DNA of 49,596 bases from Octopus bimaculoides (GCF_001194135.2 NC_068984.1:23005159-23054754), one strand, 5' to 3'; positions 12,400-23,399 are shown, counted from the stretch's first letter. The notes: a model not told the origin generated them from the sequence alone. Numbers and translations are program-made.

Positions 12400-12638
12400 T
12401 ATTGGGTTGGTGCATAATTATTGCAGCTTTTTTTAAAAACGATAACTATATTTTTACAGAAACATCTTTAAATGATGGTCTGACCGTCTGCCAAGCAAAT
12501 GGGAAGCAGTAATTGAAGTAGATGGTGAATATACTCCGGAATAATCATTTAAAGATGTTTTTGTGACATGTTGTTATTGTTTTTGTTGAATAAAATTTGT
12601 TGAAAAAAAAGCCACAATAATTATGCACCAACTCAATA
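12400..12638. mobile_element. Mariner-derived MITE with ~34-bp TIRs and TA target duplication
   Basis: TA-ttgggttggtgcataattattgc ... cacaataattatgcaccaactcaa-TA; the interior encodes RLPSKWEAVIEVDGEY, a mariner C-terminus. Confidence 0.85.
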
Positions 12639-12654
12639 AGAATTAACTTCACTC

Positions 12655-12965
12655 ATGCCAGTACCATGTAAAGAACACCCATGTTGGCACCATGTAAAGA
12701 GTACCCATGCTGGTGCCGCATACAGAGCACCCATATCAGCACTTCATAAAAATTGCCTGTGCTGGCCCCATGTAAAAAAAAGCACCCAGTACATTCCGCA
12801 AAGTGGCTAACATTAGAAAAGGTATCCAACCATAGATACCATGCCAAAACGTGACTGGAACCTGATGCAGCCCTCCAGCTGGCCAGCCCCTTTCAAACCA
12901 TCCAACCCATGCCAGCATGGAAAACAGATGTTGAATGATGATGCTGACAATGATGATGACGAGAA
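12655..12965 (+). mobile_element. Family E variant with ~27-bp internal tandem repeats
   Basis: Repeats of caccatgtaaagagcacccatg, then ccaacccatgccagcatggaaaa and a (GAT)n tail. Confidence 0.7.
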
Positions 12966-13100
12966 GCATGTTTCAATAGGAGACTAATGGTAAGGAGGTG
13001 ATCATGAATCAGTGATTCTTTTATTGTTTATCATTTACTTGTTCTGGTAATTGGACTGTGACCATGCTGGGGCACTTCCTTTTATGTGTTTGTGAATATA

Positions 13101-13331
13101 TATTTCTTTCTTTATTGCCCACAGGGGGCTAAACATAGAGGGGACAAACAAGGACAGACAAAGGGTTTCAGTCGATTACATCGACCCTAGTGCGTAACTG
13201 GTACTTATTTAATCGACCCCGAAAGGATGAAAGGCAAAGTCGACTTCTGTGGAATTTGAACTCAGGACGTAACGGCAGACGAAATAGGCATTTCGCCCGG
13301 CGTGCTAACGATTCTGCCAGTTCGCCGCCCT
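13101..13331 (-). mobile_element. tRNA-headed SINE family C, well-preserved copy
   Basis: On the - strand ggcggcgaactggcagaatcgttagc...gagttcaaattcc...ttcatcctttcggggtcga; CpGs retained. Confidence 0.85.
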
Positions 13332-14230
13332 GTGTGTGTGAATATATATCTATAAACGTGCTGTTTCTCAACATTCAGTAAATTATGTGTAAAAGATGTA
13401 AGGGAGGCAACTCATATTGGCTTTAAATTTTCCAGCCCAATAACATGTAATCGTTACAGCTAATATAAAATTAACCCTTCTCCCTTCCTGTCCCTTTCTC
13501 TCCTCACCGTCGCTTTGATCCTTTATTTTTTGTTTTAATTATTGTAATCCCTGCTTAAATCTTAATACAGGCTACTACTATAACAAATACTAAATTTCTC
13601 TCAGCTGTTTTTCTCTCACATGCTCCCCCCTCTCTCTCTCACTCCCTTCCTCATCACTCTTCTTTCCCCACCTCACCCCATTCTCTCTCCTGTTTTCAGT
13701 CTCATACGTTCATTCTTTCACAAACCCCAATCCCCTTCTCTCCTTCACACATTTTCCTCTTACCTTTCTCATTCTTTCTTTCTCCATTACACCACATTTC
13801 AATCCTCTCTCTCTCTCTCTCTCTCAAAACAAAGATTAAATACTCCCTTTTGATGCCAGCCTTCCTAAGACTGCCCCTGGTTCTTCTGGTACAAACTTCT
13901 TGCTTTAAAATGGTCTGAATTATTATTTCCTCCTGAAATTCCTTGTTTATTTATGTTCCAAATGTCTGCTTTATAATGACTGAGTTATTTTTCTATACAC
14001 TTCATTATTTTTGAAACCATTTATAACAAAGAGGTGTATTTCAAGAAAATTATGGTAACAAAAGGGTCAAAATATCTGTAGCATCAATTTAAGACACAAT
14101 CTTTGAGTAGGAATGATAAATTTCTTTGAAATATCTTTTGAAATATGCTACAAATTTATCAACAGTCCTGTTTGAGTAGAGCTTTGACTAAAGCATTCTA
14201 ACTACGACCACCTTGTCTTTTCACCAGATA

Positions 14231-14265
<35 letters not shown>

Positions 14266-14547
14266 AAGTGAATCTAACGGTTTTGAAGTGAATCTAATGG
14301 TTTTTGTGTGTTATTTTAAATGGCTTATAAACACCTTCTATGCTGCAATGGCTTCTTGGAGCTAATTCACGGCAGCTTTCGTCCTAATTTTGGGACTGCC
14401 ATGTTGGCTTGGCGATAACTATTAATTTCCAGTACCGCTGCCGTAGTCTCCTTTAGACAGACTTACAAATATTAATAACTATATATATATAGTTTCACGG
14501 TGGTGCACCAGCATGACCGCAGCCACTTGGCTGAAACACATAAATAA

Positions 14548-14585
<38 letters not shown>

Positions 14586-14592
14586 TACATGC

Positions 14593-14750
14593 GTATAAGA
14601 AGGGATGACCACTAGGTAGACATCCAATATGCTAGAAAGAGGTCATCAACGACTCAAACACAAAGAACATGACTTTTCTTTGTGGTTGGGTCGTTGATGA
14701 CCTCTTTCTAGCATATTGGATGTCTACCTAGTTGTCATCCCTTCTAATAC
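14593..14750. repeat. Inverted repeat with 75-bp arms and an 8-nt loop
   Basis: 14593-14667 is the reverse complement of 14676-14750 with about 4 mismatches. Confidence 0.9.
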
Positions 14751-14987
14751 AATTTTTCTGAATTATCAGATTTCTTTTAATGCTAGACCACTAATTTTAA
14801 ATTGAAATTAATATTCAATTTATCAACAGAATAGCAAAAAACATGAGCATTTTATACCACTGTAATTCACTAATGATATAAAGCCAATATGAGAGTTTCT
14901 TTTATGCTAATTAATGCAGTACAGTTTTGTTCTAACAGAGCATCCACGTTCAAATGAACATAAGTATTACCTCACAGTAAATAATCT

Positions 14988-15190
14988 TTTCTTTTCTACT
15001 CTAGGCACAAGGCCCAAAAATTTGTGGGGAGGGGTCCAGTCAATTAGATCGACCCCAGCAGGCAACTGGTACTTAATTTATCGATCCTGAAAGGATGAAA
15101 GGCAAAGTCGACCTCAGCAAAATTTGAACTCAGAACATAAAGACAGACTAAATACCACTAAGCATTTCACCAGCCAGCTTACTGCCTTAC
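14988..15190 (-). mobile_element. SINE family C
   Basis: Similarity to 13101-13331. Confidence 0.75.
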
Positions 15191-15478
15191 CTCACAGTAA
15201 ACATTACCTCACAATCTGCAAGCCCAAAATACCAAACATGTTAGCAGTGACTTTTAGGTGGGTGTGATTGATATGTTTAGAAATTAGATGATGTTTATAC
15301 AATCCACTGGAAAAACAGTTAGTTTATGGGTGTTGAGTAAACTTAATGCTTAGAACAGAAAATGAAATCTCAATTAGAAAATATGTGGCTATCTAGTTTT
15401 CATTTTAAGCCATCATCACCAAGGTTACACTGGAGCATTGCCTTGAGAAAGAGATAATACTTTATCAGCTCACACACA

Positions 15479-15544
<66 letters not shown>

Positions 15545-15547
15545 GTA

Positions 15548-15679
15548 TATTATTCTTAAACAAGAATATTGTTGACAGTGACTTCAAAGTTTTGCCCAGT
15601 TAAGCCAATGTCAGCTTAACTGGCCAAAACTTCAAAGTTACTGTCAAAAATATTCAGATTCCAAGCAGTGACCTGAATG

Positions 15680-15748
<69 letters not shown>

Positions 15749-15920
15749 TGATAATAACATCGAAAAATCCCTTAGGAATGAGAACCCATGTTCGAAATTT
15801 CCCCAAGGCTGGAGGTTATATCACCCGAAACGTTGTGTTAACAACAAACAAGACGAGGACAACCATCCGTCAAATGTAAATAATGTAGACAATGAACAAT
15901 ATTCTTGTTCAAGAATAATA
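15548..15920. mobile_element. Palindromic MITE-like element interrupted by a family G copy (15656-15887)
   Basis: Arms 15548-15605 versus 15614-15655 plus 15895-15920; the G copy lacks the CTGATGA core. Confidence 0.65.
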
Positions 15921-15992
15921 AATTTGTACTTTACTAAAGTATAGAACAACCCCATCAGATTACTGTCAAATTGTTTTTATTATAACTATGCA

Positions 15993-16215
15993 TAAGGCAG
16001 CAAGCTGTCAGAATCGTGTTTATGCTGGTCAAAATGCTTAGCAGCATTTCATCCATCTTTACATTCTGAGTTCAAATTCCACCAAGGTCAACCTTGTATT
16101 TCATTTTTTTCAGGGTCAATAAAATAAGTACCAGCTAAGGTCTGAGGTTGATGTCATCAACTTACCCCATAGCCTTGAAATTGCTGGCCTTGTGCCAAAA
16201 AAATTTGAAATCATT
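15993..16215 (+). mobile_element. SINE family C
   Basis: Similarity to the reverse complement of 13101-13331. Confidence 0.75.
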
Positions 16216-16299
16216 AGAACTAAACATAAAAACAAACATTGATATATAGATATATATTTATTTTATTTCTGTGGGTGTGATCATGCTGGGGTGCCACCA

Positions 16300-16785
16300 T
16301 TATTTTGTACCTCTTCCACAGGCCTCTTACGTAGATGATTTCTTATGCATGGTGGGATTTCATATCACCGCTCTCTCATGTGCCTTTTACACAATTGTTA
16401 GTTCATTTGGTGCATGACGGAGTTGGTAATGCTACCCTCATTTTGTACTTCATGCCAAGACATTGGTTCATTTAATATCATGGATAGGAGAATGCCTGGT
16501 TCCATTTTAAGACATCTACATCCACATTGTGTAATTTCCTTAATTCTTTTGACAAATCATTGAAGAGTTGTGGGCCTTTGAATTCCAAGCTATTGCAGTA
16601 CCTGGACTGCATTTTAGATGAGCAGACGATATTTTTGATACTTCACAATGGCATTTGTATAATTCTAGATGCCAAAGTTAGTTGCTAGCCTTTCCAGAAT
16701 TCATTGCTGGTGTTGCAGTCATTGTTAGAAATTGTTTTTACACATTCACTGTCAGGGTTAGTACAAAATGCCTCAGGTAATAAGT
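16300..16785 (-). mobile_element. CR1-clade LINE 3' ORF remnant
   Basis: The - strand encodes RYCNSLEFKGPQLFNDL, matching RYCNSLGFKLLQLFSIL at ~22510. Confidence 0.6.
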
Positions 16786-16788
16786 TCA

Positions 16789-17262
16789 TCATCATCATCA
16801 TCATCATCATCGTTTAATGTCCGCATTCCATGCTGGCATGGGTTGGATGGTTTGATTGAGGACTGGAAAACCAGAAGGCTGTACCACGCTCCGATCTGAT
16901 CTGGAAACTTTTCTGCAGCTGGATGCCCTTCCTAATGCCAACCACTCTGAAAGTGTAGTGGGTGCTTTTTACGTGCCACGGGCACAGGAGTCAGTCAGGC
17001 GGTACTGGCAATGACCACACTTGAATGGTGCTTTTTATGTGCCACCAGTCAGGCAGAACTGGCAACAACCCACACTCGAATGGTGCCCTTTACATGCCAC
17101 CGGCTTAGAAGCCAGTCAAGTGATACTGGTAACAGTCACACGCAAACGGTACTTTTTACATGCCACCAGCACCGGAGCCAGTCAAGCTGCACTGGCAATG
17201 GCCACACTAGAATGGTGCTTTTTACGTGCCACCAGCACAGGATCAGTCAGGCGGAACTGGCA
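16789..17262 (-). mobile_element. Family E RTE-type 3' end with about five ~50-60-bp tandem units
   Basis: Repeated ggtgcttttacgtgccacc...agtcaggcgg.actggcaa units, then an (ATC)n tail. Confidence 0.8.
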
Positions 17263-17264
17263 TT

Positions 17265-17606
17265 GGTGGTTAGTAATCTAGTACCTTACTGGCACTCCAT
17301 CAATTACAACAAGGGTTCTAGCTGATCCAAGCAACAGAACAGCCCGCTCGTGAAATTGACATGCAAGTGGCTGAGCACTCCACAGACATGCATTAGCTTA
17401 AGATACCTCTCAGAAAGATTCAGCATGACACAGAATATAACAAGGCTGGCCCTTTTAATTGCAGATATTACTCTTGTTTGTCAGTTGAGTGGACTGGAGC
17501 AATGTGAAATAAAGTGTCTTGCTCAAGAACACAACATGCTGCCAGGGATTGAACTCATGCTCTTATATTTGTGAGCTGAATACCCTAACCACTAAGCCAT
17601 GCACCG
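17265..17606 (-). mobile_element. SINE family D
   Basis: Plus-strand text gtcttgctcaagaacaca...gggattgaactc...ctaaccactaagccatgc. Confidence 0.7.
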
Positions 17607-17687
17607 ACACTTAATTGTACAGCTATAAATAGTAGTGAATTTGTTCACTGAACATTCCAATAAAGACTATATGAGTGTGTCAGAGCA

Positions 17688-17726
<39 letters not shown>

Positions 17727-18624
17727 ATGTGTGTGTGTGTGTGTTTGCATGTGTGTGTGTGTGTGTTTGAATGCGTGTTTGGTTACACACGCTGAACAAG
17801 TTTGTGGTATGATGTAGAAATCTTTTAGCAGTTTTGGGAAATACATTTTGAGTTGAAGTTAATGTACATCTTTTTTGTTTTTCTTTTACTTGTGTATGTT
17901 GACAGGTAATTAATTCTAAAGGAAGGGAGTACTGCTTGTGTGAATAGCATCAGAGTGACCAAACAACTAAAGGAAAGAGGGAAGGAGAGGGAAGAGGGGG
18001 AGGAAGATAGGGTGTGATGTAAAGAGGGGTAAAAAGTATTTAAAAAAACAGAGATGAGTTTGATATTTATTTACTGAGACTGAAAACATACATTACATAC
18101 CCTGAATGCCAGCTTTGCTTTCAAACCCATACATTGCTGCTATTGTATTGCGCTGGCAGTTGAAGTCATAAAATTCTAGCAAGTGGAAACCTGCCATGTG
18201 GCATTCAGATGTTTTTATCAGATGTTGTTTCTTTGCCAGACATTTAGATAAGATATTTGTGTGTATCAGTCAAAAAAATAAAATTTAGGGAGGCCAAAAA
18301 TTTGTATGTAAGCACTGCATTTTTTACCAAGGAGTAACTCTTTTGTTCAAACTGAAAAAGAAACAAACAAATGAGGTTTTTACAGCTGAATTCTATAAGA
18401 TAAGCAATAATGTTCCATCATATGCACTCAAAGATTGGTGGGCTTCTTCAGTTTTCATATGGTACAGATATTTACTGACTAAGATATTTTGTTATGTTAC
18501 TTTTGTGACTTTTTGTCATCGGTCATTTTTCTGGATATACAGAAACAATAAATTCCATTGAGTAAAATTAAGTTCTTTATGAATTTAGCCTGAAATAAAT
18601 GACATACACACATTCACACACATC

Positions 18625-18888
18625 ACAGGCACCCATGCAGGTGGCACATAAAAAAACACCTTTTGAGCGAGGCCATTGCCAGTACAGTGTGACTGGCCCT
18701 CGTGCCGGTGGCACGTAAAAGCACCCACTACACTATCGGAGTGGTTGGGGTTAGGAAGGGCATCCAGCTGTAGAAACTCTGCCAGATCAGATTGGAGCCT
18801 GGTGCAAACTTCTGGCTTGCCAATCCTCAGTCAAATCGTCCAACCCATGCTAGCATGGAAAGCGGACGTTAAACGATGATGATGATGA

Positions 18889-18891
<3 letters not shown>
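18625..18891 (+). mobile_element. Family E RTE-type 3' end
   Basis: caacccatgctagcatggaaagcggacgttaaac(gat)n. Confidence 0.8.
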
Positions 18892-18922
<31 letters not shown>

Positions 18923-19552
18923 TCAATAATAGGATGAATTCTTTTACAGGAATTTATCAAGTAGCTAGCGTGAAAAAAACCTCATAAGGGAAAAAATCCA
19001 TCATTTATTCCTGAAATATATATTTATTTATATAAGGGCATTACTATACAATAATGCTTCACGCCATGAGGGACTCTAAGCGTGGGTAAGGCCAAGACAA
19101 TGCAAAGTAAATGCAAGGTAAATCACAAGAAAACAAATATGTGAATTAATCCAGACTTACCTTGTGTTCAATATTTCGGGGTTATGACCCCATTTTCAAG
19201 GAATTGACAATTGTTGCCAGTGTGCGTGTGTGTGAGCGTGTGTGGAGTGGACATGCATGGAGAGGTGTTGCTATAGCAACCAGCTAGCTTCCTGTAACTC
19301 TTTTATATTGTTAATCTTAAGTTTCTTTTGGTGTATGAGGATGGCCCCAGAGATTCTAAGGTTACCTCTGTTCTGCTGTGTTGCCTTAATGTGCACTGTG
19401 AACTGCTGGGCCTGGCATTTCCATAGATGTTTCTTCACAGAAGTGTCTGCCTGCATGTGTTCCTTAATGCGTACATGCAGCTTTCTTGTCATGCTTCCTA
19501 TGTAGGATGCACCACATTTGCCACAGATGATCTCGTATACAACATAGGTCCT

Positions 19553-19965
19553 TATTTACATTATTTACATTTGACGGATATTTGTCCTCATCTTTGGTGT
19601 TAACACGTTTCGGCTGATACACCCTCCAGTCTTCATCAGATGTCTTGGGGAAATTTCAAACCTGCGTTCTCATTCCTAAAGTAATTTTATTATGCAGGTC
19701 ACTGCTTGGAATCGAACTTAGAACCTTGGGGTTAGTAGCCCGTGCTCTTAACCACTATGCCTGAATATTAATAATAATAATAATAACATCGAAAAATACC
19801 TTAGGAATGAGAACCCAGGTTTGAAATTTCTCCAAGACGCCTGATGAAGGCTGGAGGGTATATCAGCCGAAATGTTGTGTTAACAACAAACAAGATGAGG
19901 ACAAATATCCGTCAAATTTAAATAATGTAAATAATATACATAATTCCTCATCTCTTAAATATAGA
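19553..19965. mobile_element. Inverted pair of family G elements (tRNA head, (AAT)n, hammerhead) flanked by the 14-bp TSD ACAACATAGGTCCT
   Basis: TSD copies at 19539-19552 and 19966-19979; - copy 19761-19553 has A and B boxes; + copy spans 19762-19965. Confidence 0.85.
19836..19881 (+). ncRNA. Minimal type I hammerhead ribozyme motif
   Basis: CUGAUGA (19841-47), extra A, GGCUG[loop]CAGCC, GAAA (19869-72), UGUU, then GUGUU pairing with GACGC (19836-40). Confidence 0.7.
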
Positions 19966-20593
19966 ACAACATAGGTCCTCTGGCACAATTCAGGGTCACT
20001 GATGGGGCAGTTCGATAATGTGCACTCCTCGGAGTAGTGAGAGGTGTTGTTCTTGGACAGAGCTTTTCTCAGGGAAGGGCCAGTGTGCTCTATCTGTATG
20101 TCGAATCCTTCCCTGCAGATTGTGTGTTGTATCGCTGCAATAGTTCTGTCGTCAAAGTGTGGTAGCTTTAGAAAGCACGTGACAGACTTGGGAGTATGAT
20201 TGTTCTTCCGGAGTTTATTGGCCTTGATGTTCTTTAGGCACCGTTGTTTAGCTAAAGATACCCGCCATCTTTGGTGCTGGTGATGGTGGTAGTAGTAGTA
20301 GTAGTAGCAGCAGCATTTTAGCTTCAGCTCAGGCATGAAGGAACAAGCCTGTAATCAAAGGTGCTCTAAACTTGCCCCTCCCATCTTGCATACATTTAGA
20401 ACCACATAATCCAATGTGCCCTTTATTTTATAAGCTGATTGGGTGTGATCTTTGAAAGATGACATGCTACTCGACCAATAAGACTGGTGTTGATTATACC
20501 CACCCTGAAGATCTGCAGGTAAAACAAGGGTGGAAAGGCAAACAGGAATCTAGTTTAGTTGCTTGTAACTGAGTGAAATCTTTTTTTTTTCTT

Positions 20594-20810
20594 TTTACTT
20601 GTTTCAGTAATTTGACTGCGGCCATGCTGGAGCACCGCCTTTAGTCGAATCAAATCAACCCCAGGACTCATTCTTTGTAAGCCTAGTACTTATTCTATCG
20701 TTTTCTTTTGCCAAACTACTAAGTTACGGTGACCTAAACACACCAGTATCGGTTGTCAAGCGATGTTGGGGGGACAAACACAGATACACAACATATACAC
20801 ACACATACAT

Positions 20811-20875
<65 letters not shown>

Positions 20876-21037
20876 TATGACAAGCTTCTTTCAGTTTCAG
20901 TCTAACAAATCCACTCACAAGGCTTTGGTCAGCCTAAAGCTATAGTAGAAGTCCCTTGCCCAAGGTGCCACACAGTGGAACTGAACCCGGAACCATGTGG
21001 CTGGTAAGCAAGCTACTTACCACACAGCCACTCCTGC
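20594..21037 (-). mobile_element. Full-length composite SINE: A head, (AT)n(GT)n linker, B tail
   Basis: Contiguous A (21037-20880), microsatellite, B (20800-20594); same order as 31775-32126. Confidence 0.85.
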
Positions 21038-21080
21038 ACGTATGTCAATGATATCAAGTATTGTTAATCCATTAGTGACT

Positions 21081-21370
21081 AGGATGCATAACCCAGTGGC
21101 CAGAGTGTTGCACTCACAATTGTGAGATTGTGCTTTTTATTCCTAGACTAAGAGGGTTATTGTGTTCTTGAGCAAAACACTTCATTTCACACTGCTCTGT
21201 GATCACTTCAACAACTGATGCATCATACACCATGCACTTGTTCAGGCAATGTTGATCTAATGGAAGGAAGGAATAAATGTACAGCACATACTTTTGATCA
21301 CTATAAACAAATCATTTGAACAGGTCATTCAGCAAAAGCTGAACACTCATAAGTTGTTATCGATGGAAGA
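21081..21370 (+). mobile_element. SINE family D
   Basis: ttgtgttcttgagcaaaacacttcatttcac core. Confidence 0.65.
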
Positions 21371-21424
21371 TTCCATCATTAGTTACTATATTTCTGTTGA
21401 AATATACTGCTTTTTTTTTTCAAT

Positions 21425-21735
21425 TAATTTTGAAAATAATGATGGATTTAGCAAAATAATTTTGTCATTATTAAACTGGCAATTGGAATATGAATTAACA
21501 TAAAACTTTGATGAAAGGTTTTAATTTATATCACTTAATCATTTTGTGACCATATTTCAGTTGAAATACACTCTTTTTCATCATCTTCAATTAATTCTAA
21601 AAACTATGAAGAATTTAGTAAAATAAATTTGTTACTATTAAGCTGGTGTTTGGAACATAAATTAACATGAAATTTTTATGGAAGGTTTTAATTTATATCA
21701 CTTTAAATCAGGAAGTTTGTATCATAAATCTAAAA
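21425..21735 (+). repeat. Two copies of an ~110-bp AT-rich dispersed repeat (third copy at ~3500-3625)
   Basis: gaatttagtaaaataa.tttgt.a.tattaa...ggaaggttttaattta.atc recurs three times. Confidence 0.6.
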
Positions 21736-21766
21736 GATAGTTTGTATTGTAGATCTAAAAGATAGA

Positions 21767-22810
21767 AGTCAGGTAGTGGTGATCAATGGGGCCTCCTCCA
21801 AGAAAACACAAATAATGATTGGTTTTCCTTGCTAGCTATGTAGATGATACAAAAGTCTCTCAGAGGATAAAGAATCCTGGAGATGTTGTGCATCCGCAAC
21901 GTGAATTAGATGCAATATACAGGTGGGCTGAGGAAAATAACATGCAGTTTAATGCTGGAAAATTCCAAGCCCTGCACTACCAACACAGGAAGCTCACCGA
22001 AAAGCAGACAGGATACACTGGCCCAGGAGGGATTCCGTCCCTGTATCAAAATCAGTGCATGACCTAGGCACCGACATGAGTAATGATGCATCTTTCCAGG
22101 TGCACATTATTAAGCTCGCAATAAAATGCTGACAGCTGGCCAGGTGGATCTTTTGAACTTTCAGAACAAGAGAAAATGAAACCATGATGGTCCTCTGGAG
22201 GACTTTCATTCTCAGCCCTCTGGATTATTGCTCCCAACTGTGTTACCAAACAGTGTAAAATTAACAATGGAACTTGAGGCAATCCAGTGAAGCCACACAA
22301 TGAAAATTGATACAATGCAACATATCAGCTACTGGAAGAGACTGAAAGAGTTAACTATACTCCCTGGAATGAAGGCAGAACTGATATACAGTAACATATA
22401 TCTGGAAAATCCTAGAAAAACCTGTTCCAAAGTTTGGCATTGTCATTTATACAAACAGGGGTGCTATTGCATGGTACCAAAGATCCCAATATTGCCATCA
22501 GGATACAGGACCAGATACTGCAACAGCTTGGGCTTCAAACTCCTACAACTTTTCAGTATCCTCCCACAGATCCTGAGAGACCTGCATGGCATGGATGTAG
22601 GCTTTTTCAAAACAAAACTAGATCTCCTTCTGTCAAGAGTTCTGGATGAACCTACCTCTAGGCAAGAAACACAGATGGGGGCAGCAACATCAAACTCCCT
22701 CATCCACCAAATGTCACACATGAGAGGAGGTTTAGTGAAAGTGCAGCAAAGTAAACAGTGGTGCCACAGCATGGCCACAGTCCTTGGACTGAAGCTTAAA
22801 GAAAAAAAAA
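21767..22810 (+). pseudogene. CR1-clade LINE RT C-terminal half and 3' end, degenerate
   Basis: QVVVINGASS, ASYVDDTKV...RWAEENNMQFNAGKF, LDYCSQL, RYCNSLGFK; stops and frameshifts; A-rich end. Confidence 0.8.
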
Positions 22811-23399
22811 TCGAGCTGGAGAGTGAAGCATAGTCTTGGGTATCAAAAAGGGTTAATCTGCACAACTTAAACACCAGGTTATAATCAAGAATTGAATGGG
22901 GGTCGGTGAAGTTTTCAATAGTATCCCAACAATTCAATGGACTACAAACCAAAAATTCTGAAAAAATTCAGACTGAAGGAATGTAAACCCAGTAATATAG
23001 AGAAACTGGTTGGACAGTAGAGAAAATGCACTGTCTGTTACATTAAATACACACAATTAATTGCATGTTGACAGATTGTACATTCTTATACCAATAACAC
23101 AGCTGAACAAACAAGTCAACTTCCTATTTGGCTACTTGAAATACGCAGAACATTTAGACTTGTTTGCATCCAAGTAAAGGTAATATTTATTGAATCAAAT
23201 TCTGTCTTTGGTCTATTATTTATTAAAATTACTGAATGCTTTTGTAGCATCAGACTGAATAGCTATGATGTTCAGAAACTAGATTAATGACCATCATCAT
23301 CATTTAAATGTGAATGGTCTTGGTAGAGAGAAACTGAAAGATATATATGCATATGCATGTGTGTGTGTATATGTACATGTATATAATGTGTATGAGTGT

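Larger units (their letters stand above)
19050..20340 (-). mobile_element. 5'-truncated Penelope-like element (GIY-YIG endonuclease end plus pLTR remnant), interrupted by an insertion
   Basis: Removing 19553-19965 plus one TSD copy restores ...ELCQRTYVVYEIICGKCGASYIGSMTRKLHVRIKEH... in frame; a decayed hammerhead-like motif and an AAG|GTAAGT donor lie at 19205-19155. Confidence 0.85.

Noticed and set aside
16960-17262. CRISPR-like appearance of ~60-bp repeats
   Set aside because: Eukaryotic context, degenerate tandem units without unique spacers, no cas genes, and embedded in an RTE 3' end.
19700-19761. Possible tRNA gene (also heads of families A, C, D)
   Set aside because: A and B boxes are present but no complete acceptor stem; it continues directly into a repeat body, so it is a SINE head.
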